Shown: positions 1-10,376 of the stretch, in pieces
Layout of the letters: each line of letters opens with the position of its first letter
Position numbering within the stretch: the first letter of the stretch is position 1
Virus record (IMG/VR): IMGVR_UViG_2909309443_000006
Location: 1-40,283 of that record
Strand: one strand, 5' to 3'
Length of the DNA stretch: 40,283 nt
From: a virus
Lineage: Duplodnaviria; Heunggongvirae; Uroviricota; Caudoviricetes
The notes under the pieces: model-generated
What the model was told of the DNA's origin: nothing
Databases searched by the model: none
Seen by the model: only the letters and a program-made list of their open reading frames with translations
Program-made: the position numbers and the translations under genes

Positions 1-246
1 ATGTTTAAGGACGACGCAGTCGTTAAACGGATTTATACGGCTGACGAACAGCAACAACAGGCCGAATCACAAAAGGCCGCGTTACTTTCCGAAGCAGAAA
101 GCGTTATTCGGCCGCTGGAACGCGCTGTCAGGCTGAATATGGCAACAGACGAGGAACGCACACGACTGGAAGCATGGGGACGCTACAGTGTTCTGGTCAG
201 CCGTGTGGATACGGCAAATCCTGAATGGCCACAAAAGCCTGAATAA
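1..246 (+). CDS. Tail fibre assembly protein, C-terminal fragment (inverted alternative copy; gene begins upstream of window)
   Basis: 81 aa ORF resembles the C-terminal half of the 177 aa Tfa on the opposite strand ([13 protein letters not shown] vs MFKDGVVIKRTYT); no N-terminal half present, ORF starts at position 1. Confidence 0.6.
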   Translation: MFKDDAVVKRIYTADEQQQQAESQKAALLSEAESVIRPLERAVRLNMATDEERTRLEAWGRYSVLVSRVDTANPEWPQKPE

Positions 247-249
247 AAA

Positions 250-276
250 TTAAGGCCCGCTATCGGGCCTTGTTTC
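250..276. terminator. Bidirectional intrinsic terminator between convergent tfa copies
   Basis: Hairpin AGGCCCG-CTAT-CGGGCCT (253-270) flanked by an A-run on one side and a T-rich stretch on the other. Confidence 0.5.
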
Positions 277-808
277 ATGCTGGTTGTTCTGGAAATGTTA
301 CTGGCAGGCTGGAGGTGTCTGTAGATTCGACTTTCTGCGCATAGAGCATCCACTCGGTTAATTTTTGTTTATTCTCGTCGGAAATGATGCCCAGCCGTAG
401 CTGTGAGTCCCATAGCTGGGTTTTATCCCTGACAAGTTGCAACAGGCTTTGCTTTTCATTTTCCGCTTGTTGCCTCTGCTCTTCCTCGGTATAAGTTCGC
501 TTTATCACTACGCCATCTTTGAACATCCATTTCCCCGAAATATCAGCCCGGCGATTTGCTGTAATATCAGGTAATTCAACGACGCTTGCACCCTCTGGAT
601 TAATTGCTGAAACATCCTTTTCAATACAAATAATAACGCCGTTATGGTCATAGACCATTTTCAAAGTGTCTGGCTGGAAATTCTTTTGTTCCTCATACCA
701 GTTTTTTCCATCATCTGAATAAAGCCATTTGATGTTAAATTGCTTTGTTAGCTGGTATTGCTCTTTTGTTTTAGGGTTGCCAGCAGTAATGTTTTTTAAG
801 TGCATCAT
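275..808 (-). CDS. tfa: Tail fibre assembly protein Tfa
   Basis: 177 aa ORF directly downstream of stf; lambda Tfa-like sequence. Confidence 0.85.
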   Translation of the reverse strand: MMHLKNITAGNPKTKEQYQLTKQFNIKWLYSDDGKNWYEEQKNFQPDTLKMVYDHNGVIICIEKDVSAINPEGASVVELPDITANRRADISGKWMFKDGVVIKRTYTEEEQRQQAENEKQSLLQLVRDKTQLWDSQLRLGIISDENKQKLTEWMLYAQKVESTDTSSLPVTFPEQPA

Positions 809-810
809 CG

Positions 811-3780
811 TTAAATACTCCCCGCGTTATACCACGTCCCATTAATGCAATACTGAATTGGCCTTGCCTGAGTTGTATCAATTAATTCATCACGGTTTCC
901 GTTAACTGAACCCGTAACGACATAACCTGACCTGTCAGACCAGCCGGGGCCTTTCCATGTCTGAACAGATGACAGACCGCCAAGGCGAATACCTGTAATA
1001 AACCTTGAGTTACATTCTGCCTGCGTATATGCACCAACATCCCCCGCAGAGGGTTTGCGTGTTGTGGTGTAAAACTCTGACCAGTTAGCTTCAAAGCCAT
1101 AACCATCACGCGCTGAACGATAAAAAATACCGCCGTTCCTGTAATTCACGCGGAACTGTACAGCAGGGCAACTCCCCGCATTCATATTGAAGTGGAGGAT
1201 TAATGTCGATGCACCACTGATATCTGCATCATAAACACCGCTATTCCAGTTCCAGCCAACAGCTTTATCATTTGCGACCCTGCGTCCTGTTTGCCCTAAA
1301 GCAAATGCAGGCTGCTGGTTTTTCGTGTTGTAGTCTCGTCGCCAGCCAGGAGCGTAAGCATCACCATGATTAATATAAGTGAATTGAGCGTTAGTAATTC
1401 CGCCACCGCTGGACGTGCTCGGCGTAGTAACGCGTATGGTCATTGCGCCGCGAGTGCCAATAACTTCCACCACAGCACCTGCAAGACAAATATTTCCGCA
1501 ACCTGTATCTGTAATGACCTTATTATTTGCATAAGCCCATGAGCCTTTGCACATCCAGTAAGGATGGTTAAATGCCCCCTGACTCTCCAGCCACGAAATA
1601 AATTGCGCGGTTGTCCAGACCTGACTATCGCCACCAATATTCAGCCATGAGCTATATGCGCGGCAGGCACCAATATTTTTGGTGAAGGTATCTTTTCCTG
1701 GAATATCTGCGCCGTTCTGGTTTTTCTGTAATGCGCCAGAAGCCTGACTTACCGTTTCCTGTAAACCGAGGTATTCGATAACAGCGGCAACGGTCGATTT
1801 CGCAAGAATATCCCGCCCGACTTTTGTCAGGGTTGCCAGGCTGGCGACATCATTCCCCGTAAAATACGGAAACCTGTCTGCCGCAGTAGCAAGCCCGGCC
1901 AGCGCCGTCAGGGTGGCATCTTTCGGTTGCTTACCCGCAAGCGCGTTAGTCATGGTGGTCGCAAAATTCGGGTCGTTTCCCAGCGCCGCCGCCAGCTCGT
2001 TCAGCGTATTCAGTGCGTCAGGCGACGAGTCTACAAGTGCGGCAATCGCGGCCATCACATAAGCCGTGCTTGCGATCTGAGTATTATTAGTCCCTTTTGG
2101 CGCAGTTGGCGTTGTTGGCGTTCCGGTCAGCGCAGGACTGTTTAAAGGCGCTTTCTTGTTCGTTTCATCCATTACCGCCTTAACCGCTTTTGGTGTCGCA
2201 GCCAGCGTTTCAGACGGGCTGTTAGTGGCGCTACTGAGCTGAACTATCCCTTTTCGTGCCGTCGTTGCATCCTGAGCGGTATATTTTGCGTTAGCAAGGT
2301 CATATGCTGCCTTTACTGCCTTTGGTGTTGCCGCCAGTGACTCGGAAGTGCTGTTGGTCGCACTGCTGAGCTGAACCACACCTTTTTTCGTCGTGCTCGC
2401 ATCTTCCAGAGATACGGCATCAGCAATATCCTCTGCCCGTTTTGCTGCTGTTTCGGCACGCGTTGCCGCGGATTCAGCAGCAACTTTGCTCTGAGATGCA
2501 GCCGTCGCACTGCCTGCCGCCTCTGATGCTTTCGTTGTTGCTGTCGTGGCACTACCTTTCGCTGCTGACGCTTGTCTGGTCGCCTCATCTTTTGAAGCAG
2601 ACGCAGATGATGCCGATGACGCCGCTGAACCAGCGGACGATGCGGCTGCCGCCTTAGAGGAAGCAGCATTGTCTGCTGAAGTCTTTGCATTTGTTTCAGA
2701 GGTTTTTGCTGCAGAAGCAGACCTCGCTGCTGCAGTGGCTTGCTTAGTGGCTTCGCCAGCCTTCGTTGTGGCTGTTGAAGCGGATGATGCGGCGCTTTCT
2801 GCCGATTTTCCGGCGGCGGTGGCACTGGCTGAGGCCTGCCCGGCACTTGTTGACGCGGCACTGGCCGACGATGCAGCCGCTGTTTTTGAACCTGCCGCAG
2901 CTGAGGCACTCTGTGCTGCTGCCGTTTCAGAAGACTTAGCGTTTGTCTCAGACGTCTTTGCCGCCTTCGCGGAATTTCCTGCCGCCGTTGCCGAGGAAGC
3001 TGCACTACTGGCACTTGATGATGCATTCGTTTCTGATGATTTCGCTGCCTCTTTTGAGGCCGCCGCCCCCCGTGCCGAGGTGGCAGCTTCTGACGCCTTC
3101 GTGGTCGCTGTGGATGCAGAAGTGGCTGCCGATTTTTGTGATGCTGCGGCATTCGTTTCTGACGTTTTCGCGGCACTGGCGCTGGTAGCTGCCGCGCTTT
3201 TTGATGACTCTGCAGCAGCAGCACTTTTCGCTGCTTCACTGGCCTTTGTCGATGCCGTTCCTGCGCTGGAAGACGCTGACTGAGCCGACGACGCGGCCTG
3301 TCCGGCTGACGTGCTGGCTGCGCGTGCTGAGCCTGCAGCATCAGTCGCATGGGTTGCCGCCTCACGGGCTGATGTGCTGGCATCACTGGCTGACTTCTTC
3401 GCGGCTGCCGTGTTCTGTGCCACTGCGGACGCGTTACGCGCCACCTCTTCCACCATCAGTTCAAAACGGCGCAGTGCCTCCGGACGGGCATCATCCTCCG
3501 TCATGGCACCGAGAAAATCATTCAGCGTACCGGGTCGGGAATCTTCATACACGGTGATGGTCCCGGCATGTGACGGCGGGAATCCGTCCACCAACAGAAT
3601 AACGCTGTACTGACCGTACTCAACGTCCATGCTGTAACGCCCGGCTTCATCCGGATTTTCTGAGGCCAGCGTGTTCACCACCACCGTGGTGCTGTTACGT
3701 TTTGCTTTCAGCTGGATTGTGCAGTTCTGTACTGGTTTTCCTGTGCCGTCTTTCAGTACACCTGAAATCTTTACTGCCAT
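811..3780 (-). CDS. stf: Side tail fibre protein Stf
   Basis: N-terminus MAVKISGVLKDGTGKPVQNCTIQLKAK matches lambda Stf; long Ala/Ser/Thr-rich repeat region; ATG at 3780 (ORF track begins 2 codons earlier at a GTG). Confidence 0.9.
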   Translation of the reverse strand: MAVKISGVLKDGTGKPVQNCTIQLKAKRNSTTVVVNTLASENPDEAGRYSMDVEYGQYSVILLVDGFPPSHAGTITVYEDSRPGTLNDFLGAMTEDDARPEALRRFELMVEEVARNASAVAQNTAAAKKSASDASTSAREAATHATDAAGSARAASTSAGQAASSAQSASSSAGTASTKASEAAKSAAAAESSKSAAATSASAAKTSETNAAASQKSAATSASTATTKASEAATSARGAAASKEAAKSSETNASSSASSAASSATAAGNSAKAAKTSETNAKSSETAAAQSASAAAGSKTAAASSASAASTSAGQASASATAAGKSAESAASSASTATTKAGEATKQATAAARSASAAKTSETNAKTSADNAASSKAAAASSAGSAASSASSASASKDEATRQASAAKGSATTATTKASEAAGSATAASQSKVAAESAATRAETAAKRAEDIADAVSLEDASTTKKGVVQLSSATNSTSESLAATPKAVKAAYDLANAKYTAQDATTARKGIVQLSSATNSPSETLAATPKAVKAVMDETNKKAPLNSPALTGTPTTPTAPKGTNNTQIASTAYVMAAIAALVDSSPDALNTLNELAAALGNDPNFATTMTNALAGKQPKDATLTALAGLATAADRFPYFTGNDVASLATLTKVGRDILAKSTVAAVIEYLGLQETVSQASGALQKNQNGADIPGKDTFTKNIGACRAYSSWLNIGGDSQVWTTAQFISWLESQGAFNHPYWMCKGSWAYANNKVITDTGCGNICLAGAVVEVIGTRGAMTIRVTTPSTSSGGGITNAQFTYINHGDAYAPGWRRDYNTKNQQPAFALGQTGRRVANDKAVGWNWNSGVYDADISGASTLILHFNMNAGSCPAVQFRVNYRNGGIFYRSARDGYGFEANWSEFYTTTRKPSAGDVGAYTQAECNSRFITGIRLGGLSSVQTWKGPGWSDRSGYVVTGSVNGNRDELIDTTQARPIQYCINGTWYNAGSI

Positions 3781-3791
3781 ATTCACCCCAC

Positions 3792-3818
3792 AAAAAAGCC
3801 CGCCTGAACCGGCGGGCT
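3792..3818 (-). terminator. Intrinsic terminator downstream of lom
   Basis: 8 bp GC-rich hairpin (3797-3818) followed by T6 on the minus strand. Confidence 0.5.
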
Positions 3819-3844
3819 GTCATAACACTGTGTTACCTGGCTAA

Positions 3845-4444
3845 TCAGAATTTATAACCGACACCCACGATGAACCCGTCAGTGCGCCAGTCACCACTGC
3901 CGGAGCCTTCATAAGCAAGGTCAATGGCCACGGATTCGGTCGGGTTAAACTGCACGCCAGCCCCCCACGCCAGAGACGTGTTGCTGTGGCGACCGTCATC
4001 ACTTCCGGTCAGCACATCGTGCGTTTTCCCCTTGTTGTCAGTTACGCGAAGATAATCCCCGGAGAAAGTCGACACACGGCTGTAAGCCACACCCGCCATC
4101 GCATACGCGCTGAACCATTCATTCACGCGCACAGACGGCCCCGCCATCACGCTGAACCAGCGGTTACGCACGGAATCTTCATGCCAGCGGGTATCGCTGT
4201 AATGCGTTTTTTGCTCATCTTTGGCATTGGCATAACTGAATGACGTCACCAGCCCCAGCGTGTCCGTAAATTCATAACGGTATTTCACGTTAATGCCCTT
4301 CAGGTCATCACTGCCTGGCATATCAGTATGGGTCTGAAGATACCCGGCGCTTAGTGTGGACTGATGCTCTGCTGCGCTCGCTGGCGTACCAGCGGCAACC
4401 AGCCAGACTACTGCGGACAGAATAACAGCACATAATTTACGCAT
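3845..4444 (-). CDS. lom: Lom/Ail family outer membrane protein
   Basis: 199 aa with signal peptide and beta-barrel pattern ending GVGYKF; lies between J and stf as in lambda. Confidence 0.85.
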   Translation of the reverse strand: MRKLCAVILSAVVWLVAAGTPASAAEHQSTLSAGYLQTHTDMPGSDDLKGINVKYRYEFTDTLGLVTSFSYANAKDEQKTHYSDTRWHEDSVRNRWFSVMAGPSVRVNEWFSAYAMAGVAYSRVSTFSGDYLRVTDNKGKTHDVLTGSDDGRHSNTSLAWGAGVQFNPTESVAIDLAYEGSGSGDWRTDGFIVGVGYKF

Positions 4445-4468
4445 AATTACCTCTCGCTTTTCTGCAAT

Positions 4469-4492
4469 AAAAAAGGCACCATTTCTGGTGCC
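4469..4492 (-). terminator. Intrinsic terminator between J and lom
   Basis: Hairpin GGCACC-ATTTCT-GGTGCC followed by T-run on the minus strand. Confidence 0.45.
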
Positions 4493-4511
4493 CGTATCTG
4501 GGTTATAAAAT

Positions 4512-7500
4512 TCAGCTAATCGTGATGCCTGTAGTGGCTTTCTTCATCACCACAACCAGCAAATCGCTGATACTTGCTGTGGGATACCAGTTATTTACCA
4601 GCCATGCTGACACCGAAAACTCCAGTGTCATGTGACCGTGACCGGCAGGCATATCAATAACGCCACTGTAAATCAGCGTATTATCCAGCGCGGTACGGTT
4701 ATAAATTTCAGCACCGTTTTTCCGCACTATCAGACGGCATGAGGAGTAAATATCAGTATGCTCTCTCTCATGCTTAGCGCCACTGAATGCCACCGCCGGA
4801 ATAACAATTTGCCGGTCAAACGGCTGATCGTCATAAACCCTGACGGTAATGGTCCCTGATGGCCACCGCTCCGGTGCACGGGAGTCCCGGGGGAAAGCTT
4901 TGCCCACTGTTTTAACGAGATCGCCTTCAATCTGGTTCGCGGACAGTTTTCCCAGAACCCGGCAGTTCTCGTTAATCGTGACGTTGTTGAGCGTCCCGGA
5001 GTTCGCATTCACACTGCCACTGATATCCGCATTTTTAGCGGTCAGCTTTCCGTCCGGTGTCAGGGAAAATGCCGGAGGATTACCGCCGCTGGTAATGGTG
5101 GGAGCCGTCAGATATTTCAGGAACACTTCGTTCATGAATATCTGATCGCCCTGACCAACAAACATCGGCTTTGTGTTGCCATTCGCAGGATTAATCATCG
5201 CAATCCTGTCTGCCGCCAGCAGCACCTGACTCTGCATGCCTGCTGGCGTATTCTCAATACCGGCACCGATACCCGCGATATAAAGGCGTCCGTCCTGCAT
5301 CTGCTGCAGCTTCACAGCCCACATGCTGTTCAGGTTATTATTTGTATCAACCTGAACCTTCTGTATCTGCTGGATCGCTGCACTCTGGTCTTCCAGTTTC
5401 TTATTGACGGTCTGTGTGATTTCATTGCTGACATCCGTAATGGATGTCCTGATTTCAGCCAGGTCAGGCGCAAGCTGACCGTTATCAATCTGCGTCCACA
5501 GCTCCTGAGCCAGATGGGTTTTCCCTATCTCGCCTTTGAAAAAATCCAGATAGCCGGATGCGTCATCACTCGGCTGACCAACAGCCTCCACGAATGCCGA
5601 TTTGCCAACGGTGTTCACACTGCGAACGTAAAAATAATAATTATGGCCCGGCCTGATATTGATACTGGCGGCTATCCAGTACAGCGCCGTGCCAAGATAG
5701 CGTGCTGTGGTTTCAACCTGCCTGATATCCGCAATCCGCTTTTCCGAGAACCAGAACTCAAACTGTACCGTCGGATCATAAACCGCAAGATGCGGCGTGG
5801 CGGTTATCTGAAAATAGCCCGGCGTCAGCTTAATCCGCGACGGTGCTGCCGGTGCGGCAATCCGGAACGATACCGATGCCGGATCGCCCTGCTGTCCCCA
5901 CGCATTTACCGCCCGGACTGTCAGCCTGTAATTTCCCAGCGCCAGTTGCGTGAAGCGGTATGTGGTTTCCGTCGTCCTGGCTGTGCTGACCAGCCGCTCA
6001 CTGCCGTCATCCGCTGTCACGGTCAGACGGAGCAGGAAACTCACGCCCTTCACCACCTTCGGCGTGTCCCAGCGGGCCAGTACCTGATACTCCCCGCTGT
6101 CTGCGGTGACTTCGGCAGTCAGGTGCTGCACTGCTGGCGGCGTGACACCATTCACCGTGCCGCTCTGGTCGCCGTCAAAGTGCGCCCCGTTATCCACGAT
6201 GGCTTCTTTTTCCGGTACATGCTGCACGGCGGTGATGGCATACGTGCCGTCGTCGTTCTCACGGATACTCACGCAGCGGAACAGGCGCTGGCGCAGCGTC
6301 GGCAGCTTCAGCCCCCATACGCTGTATCCGGCAACGCCGTCAGGAACACGGCTCACTTTTACCTTCACTCCGTCGGTGACGGACTGGACCTCCACGCTGA
6401 CCGGATTGCCACTTCCGTCAACCAGGCTTATCAGCGTGGTACCGGAGGATGGCAGCGTGATTTCACGGTCGAGCGTCAGCGTCCGGGTCTGGCTGTTCAC
6501 CGCCAGCACGCGCCCGCCGGTGCTGATCCCCGCATAGTCATCATCGCAGATTTCAATGACATCGCCCGGCACATGGAGAAGCCCTTCCGCACCCACGCTG
6601 AAGTCCACGGTCTGCGTTTCCAGTAGTTCCGTTTTAATCAGCCACAGCCCGGCGCGGTGCGCCTGCCCCCGGCTGGTACAGCCAAAAGCATCCATCTTCG
6701 TGACGTTACGACCGTAACGGGCAATGGCCTGCGTGTCCTCCACAAGCTCTGTCGCCGTCTCCCAGCCGTTATTCGGGTCAATCCAGTTCACCTCAACGGC
6801 ATTATGGCGGTCCTTCAGGGCGCTGAAGCTGTAGCGGAACGGCGCACCATCATCCGGCATCACCACATTACTGCGGTTATAGGTCCACACCTTATCCGAC
6901 GGTCGGTCCTGCACGAACGTCAGCGTCTGCCCGTTCCATACCGGCATACAGCGCATCGCCGAGCAGAAATCACTGAGAACATCCCACGCCTTGCGCTGTG
7001 TGGTCAGCCAGGCATTACAGGTGATGCGCGGCTCCGTGCCACCAAAGCCATCCGGCACCGACTGGTCGCAATTCTGGCCGATGACATACAGCGCCCATTT
7101 GTCCACATCCGCCGCACCGAGACGCTTCCCCATGCCGTAGCGCGGATGGGTCAGCATATCCCACAGACACCAGGCCATGTTGTTGCTGTATGCCGGTTTA
7201 AACGTTCCGTCCCAGATACCGCTGTATTGCCGCGTCTGCGGGTTATAATTCGACGGCACCTGCAGAATACGCCCGCGCAGATGATAATTACGGCTCACCT
7301 GCTGGCTGCCGAACTGCTCCGAGTCCACCTGCACGCCGACCAGTGCCGTGTTCGGGTAGCACTGTTTCACATCGATGATTTCGGTGTATGACGACCAGAG
7401 CGTTTTGTTCTGCAGCTGGTCTGTGGTGCTGTCCGGCGTCATCCTGCGCATCCGGATACTGAACGGGCGCGGCGGCAGGTTATCCACCACCACCGAGGCC

Positions 7501-7991
7501 AGATACTGTGAGGTGGTTTTTCCCTTAATGGTGATGTCTTTTTCCGTCACCCAGCCACCGTTACGTTGTATCTGAACCAGCAGGCGGACTTCCGACGGAT
7601 TCCGGTCCCCCTTTGAGGTGGTTTCCACCAGTGCCTGCACGCCGAAAGTAAAACGCAGACGGTCAATGTTTGCCGACGTAATGGTGCGGGTGATCGGCGT
7701 GTCGTACTTCACTTCCGTACCCAGTACCGTCTCGGAGCCGGAGGATTCAAATCCCTCCGGCGGAGTCTGCTCCTGCTCACCGGCCCGGAACACCACCGTG
7801 ACGCCGGATATATTGGTATTCCCCTCACTGTCCAGCACCGGCGTACTGTTCAGCAGCACGCTTTTTAATCCATCCACCGGACCTTCAATCGGCCCTTCGC
7901 TGATGGCATCAATCACACTCAACAGCTGCGTGGATTTCAGGTTATCTTTCGCTTCGCGCGGGGTATGCCCCTTACTGCTGCCTTTACCCAT
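4512..7991 (-). CDS. J: Tail tip host-specificity protein J
   Basis: 1159 aa; N-terminus [37 protein letters not shown] is lambda J-like; position after I. Confidence 0.95.
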   Translation of the reverse strand: MGKGSSKGHTPREAKDNLKSTQLLSVIDAISEGPIEGPVDGLKSVLLNSTPVLDSEGNTNISGVTVVFRAGEQEQTPPEGFESSGSETVLGTEVKYDTPITRTITSANIDRLRFTFGVQALVETTSKGDRNPSEVRLLVQIQRNGGWVTEKDITIKGKTTSQYLASVVVDNLPPRPFSIRMRRMTPDSTTDQLQNKTLWSSYTEIIDVKQCYPNTALVGVQVDSEQFGSQQVSRNYHLRGRILQVPSNYNPQTRQYSGIWDGTFKPAYSNNMAWCLWDMLTHPRYGMGKRLGAADVDKWALYVIGQNCDQSVPDGFGGTEPRITCNAWLTTQRKAWDVLSDFCSAMRCMPVWNGQTLTFVQDRPSDKVWTYNRSNVVMPDDGAPFRYSFSALKDRHNAVEVNWIDPNNGWETATELVEDTQAIARYGRNVTKMDAFGCTSRGQAHRAGLWLIKTELLETQTVDFSVGAEGLLHVPGDVIEICDDDYAGISTGGRVLAVNSQTRTLTLDREITLPSSGTTLISLVDGSGNPVSVEVQSVTDGVKVKVSRVPDGVAGYSVWGLKLPTLRQRLFRCVSIRENDDGTYAITAVQHVPEKEAIVDNGAHFDGDQSGTVNGVTPPAVQHLTAEVTADSGEYQVLARWDTPKVVKGVSFLLRLTVTADDGSERLVSTARTTETTYRFTQLALGNYRLTVRAVNAWGQQGDPASVSFRIAAPAAPSRIKLTPGYFQITATPHLAVYDPTVQFEFWFSEKRIADIRQVETTARYLGTALYWIAASINIRPGHNYYFYVRSVNTVGKSAFVEAVGQPSDDASGYLDFFKGEIGKTHLAQELWTQIDNGQLAPDLAEIRTSITDVSNEITQTVNKKLEDQSAAIQQIQKVQVDTNNNLNSMWAVKLQQMQDGRLYIAGIGAGIENTPAGMQSQVLLAADRIAMINPANGNTKPMFVGQGDQIFMNEVFLKYLTAPTITSGGNPPAFSLTPDGKLTAKNADISGSVNANSGTLNNVTINENCRVLGKLSANQIEGDLVKTVGKAFPRDSRAPERWPSGTITVRVYDDQPFDRQIVIPAVAFSGAKHEREHTDIYSSCRLIVRKNGAEIYNRTALDNTLIYSGVIDMPAGHGHMTLEFSVSAWLVNNWYPTASISDLLVVVMKKATTGITIS

Positions 7992-8051
7992 TCGTCATGC
8001 TCCATAAACGACAAAACCGCCCGGAGGCGGTTTCACATAAAACATTTTGCA

Positions 8052-8693
8052 TCAGCGACCAATCACCACAACCTGACCACCATCCCCTTCGTCTGCCGTG
8101 CTGATCTCCTGAGAAACCACGCGTGACCCCACGCGCATTTCACCGTACAGAACAGGCAGAACATTGCCCTGGGCAACCATGTTATCCAGTGAAGAAAAAT
8201 AGGTGTTCTGTTTGCCGTTATCCGTTGTCTGTGTGCGGGGGGTTTTGGGTTTAGGGGCCAGCATCTGTGCAACACCGCCAAGCGTCATACTGGCACCGAG
8301 AGAAAACAGCAGATTACTCGCCATAATTCCTACCCCCGGCATCCATATAGCAACCGCCATAACAGCCGCCCCCAGCACAGCCTGAAACACACCGCCACTT
8401 TTGGCTCCTGCCAGACGCGGCACGATATGGATCACAGCACCATTTGCCAGCGGTTCATTAAGACGGGCTGATAATTCCGTTTCACCTGTATCACGCCCGG
8501 CAATGCGTACCTGATACCAGCCGTCGCTCAGCTTCTGACGAAACGCCGGGATCTGCATGGCCAGCGCCCGGATGGCTTCGGCCCCCGTTTTCACACGCAG
8601 ATCGATGCGGCGGCCAAATCGTTGTAAATCCCCGTAAAGGCAGATACGTGCCATGCCTGGTGACGCCAGAGGGAGTGTGTGCGTCGCTGCCAT
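8052..8693 (-). CDS. I: Tail assembly protein I
   Basis: MAATHTLPLASPGMARICLYGDLQRFGRRIDLRVKTG matches lambda I; C-terminus VVSQEISTADEGDGGQVVVIGR. Confidence 0.9.
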   Translation of the reverse strand: MAATHTLPLASPGMARICLYGDLQRFGRRIDLRVKTGAEAIRALAMQIPAFRQKLSDGWYQVRIAGRDTGETELSARLNEPLANGAVIHIVPRLAGAKSGGVFQAVLGAAVMAVAIWMPGVGIMASNLLFSLGASMTLGGVAQMLAPKPKTPRTQTTDNGKQNTYFSSLDNMVAQGNVLPVLYGEMRVGSRVVSQEISTADEGDGGQVVVIGR

Positions 8694-9334
8694 TTGTCGG
8701 TATACCTCTCTCGTTTGCTCAGTTGTTCAGGAATATGGTGCAGCAGCTCGCCGTCACCACAGTAAATGGCGGCATGATTCGGCACCGATGAACCAAAACA
8801 GCACAGCAGCACATCGCCCGGCTGCGCCGCTGACAACGGCACCTGATACAGCCCTGTGGCCTCCAGATTATCCAGATAGAGATTCTGACCGTGACGCCAC
8901 CAGTCATCCCCGCGATGAAAATCCGGCATCTCAATCCCCGCCAGATGATAAGCATCCCGGAACAGCGTGTAACAGTCCGTCACCCCGTGCTCAAAGCGCC
9001 GCCCGGTAAGATGCGGCACACTGCGGAATTTATGAATCTCACCCCGACAGACCAGCCACCAGGGCAAATCGCTCTGCACCTGCAGCCGCCTGTCAGCCTC
9101 ACTCAGCCAGGGCAGACCACCGGGGTGGCTGTGGACCAGCGCCACAATCTCACCCTGCATCTCTGCCCGCAGCCAGTCCTCCGGCGACATCCGGAAATAC
9201 GCCTCCGGCTCACCGGAGATATTCACGCAGGGAAAATATCTTTCCCCCTCCGGCGTTCTCACCACGAAGCCGCACGATTCCGCTGGCGCACATCGCCGGG
9301 CGTGCGCCAGAATCGCTGATTCTGTCTGTGTCAT
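8591..9334 (-). CDS. K: Tail tip assembly protein K (MPN/JAMM + NlpC/P60 domains)
   Basis: MTQTESAILAHARRCAPAESCGFVV start (ATG at 9334, directly after L stop); HSHPGG motif; overlaps I as in lambda. Confidence 0.85.
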   Translation of the reverse strand: MTQTESAILAHARRCAPAESCGFVVRTPEGERYFPCVNISGEPEAYFRMSPEDWLRAEMQGEIVALVHSHPGGLPWLSEADRRLQVQSDLPWWLVCRGEIHKFRSVPHLTGRRFEHGVTDCYTLFRDAYHLAGIEMPDFHRGDDWWRHGQNLYLDNLEATGLYQVPLSAAQPGDVLLCCFGSSVPNHAAIYCGDGELLHHIPEQLSKRERYTDKWQRRTHSLWRHQAWHVSAFTGIYNDLAAASICV

Positions 9335-9338
9335 GGGA

Positions 9339-10037
9339 TTACTGCGAAAGTTTGTTAATGGAAAGGAAGCCGCCAAAGTTGCCGACGTTATTGCGAAACT
9401 TACAACCACTCAGGCATTTGCTGCATTTATCCTTCGTGATATCGGACGTCGGCTGGTCATATTCATCAGCGACAGCCGGACCGTGATAACCGCACTCATC
9501 GCCGCGATAGGTCCAGGTGCAGGTGTTGGCCAGCATGATGCGCCCCGGAAAAACAGCACCATCCGTTTCCGTCGGTGTGGAGAGCACAAAGGAGGCACTG
9601 ACCGCACTCAGTTCGCTACACTGCTCGATGCGCCAGCGGCTGATCACCTCCTGCTCCGGATCGGCGTCGCTGTTTCCGTTGACGAAGTTCACCGCATCCA
9701 GAAAGCGGGCGTAAACCTTACGCCTGACCACCGTTCCGCCGACCAGACTCTGCAGGTCTTCCGCCATCCCGGTGACCATGCCGTGCAGGTTAGAGACCGT
9801 CAGTGTCGGACGGGCAGCACTGCCCTTACCGTTCAGTTCAAATCCCGTCCCCTGAATGGGGTATGCCTGATACTGCCGCCCCTGCCAGGTGACCGGCTCA
9901 CCTTTTTCGTTCTGCTCATTACAGAAAAAATAACGTTCACCACCGACCTCTGTCAGATCGATTTCCCAGAGCACCACTTGGGCTGACTGAGTAAGGCGTG
10001 TCGTCTCATGATGTGTTTCCTGTGGAATATCCTGCAT
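9339..10037 (-). CDS. L: Minor tail protein L
   Basis: 232 aa lambda L-like ORF with C-terminal Cys cluster; synteny M-L-K-I-J. Confidence 0.9.
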   Translation of the reverse strand: MQDIPQETHHETTRLTQSAQVVLWEIDLTEVGGERYFFCNEQNEKGEPVTWQGRQYQAYPIQGTGFELNGKGSAARPTLTVSNLHGMVTGMAEDLQSLVGGTVVRRKVYARFLDAVNFVNGNSDADPEQEVISRWRIEQCSELSAVSASFVLSTPTETDGAVFPGRIMLANTCTWTYRGDECGYHGPAVADEYDQPTSDITKDKCSKCLSGCKFRNNVGNFGGFLSINKLSQ

Positions 10038-10046
10038 CAGGGCCTC

Positions 10047-10376
10047 CTATGCCACGACCTGTTCAAAATCTGCCGTTATGGTTACCCACAGCGCCCCCAC
10101 GCTTGCCGACCATTTACGACAAACCACCGTGATCGGCTTCCAGTCATAAGGTGGCGTCCACTGAAATGCGCGGACGCCACCGTGCCGTTCCAGAAAGGCT
10201 TTCAAAGATGGGTGTTCACATTTACGAACACGTATCGTCACGCTGTAAGTCGACAACTGGTTATTCAGTCCCGCCGCACGACGCTGTTCATAACCATCGC
10301 CCAGCTTCACTGTCACCACTTTCGGCTCTGATACCACATTCATATCCGGGCGCACTTTCCAGTGAAACGTCTCCAT
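10047..10376 (-). CDS. M: Minor tail protein M
   Basis: 109 aa lambda M-like ORF; start overlaps the tape-measure stop. Confidence 0.9.
   Translation of the reverse strand: METFHWKVRPDMNVVSEPKVVTVKLGDGYEQRRAAGLNNQLSTYSVTIRVRKCEHPSLKAFLERHGGVRAFQWTPPYDWKPITVVCRKWSASVGALWVTITADFEQVVA

Noticed and set aside
2313-3386. 357 aa Arg/Pro/Gln-rich ORF (minus strand) and 245 aa Ala/Asp-rich ORF (2546..3283, plus strand) inside stf
   Set aside because: Alternative-frame and antisense readings of the GC-rich Ala/Ser repeat region of stf; low-complexity translations without start signals.
5514-7391. Long plus-strand ORFs (370 aa, 244 aa, 143 aa) antisense to J
   Set aside because: Antisense to a well-supported 1159 aa J gene; Arg/Cys-rich translations typical of GC-rich antisense frames.
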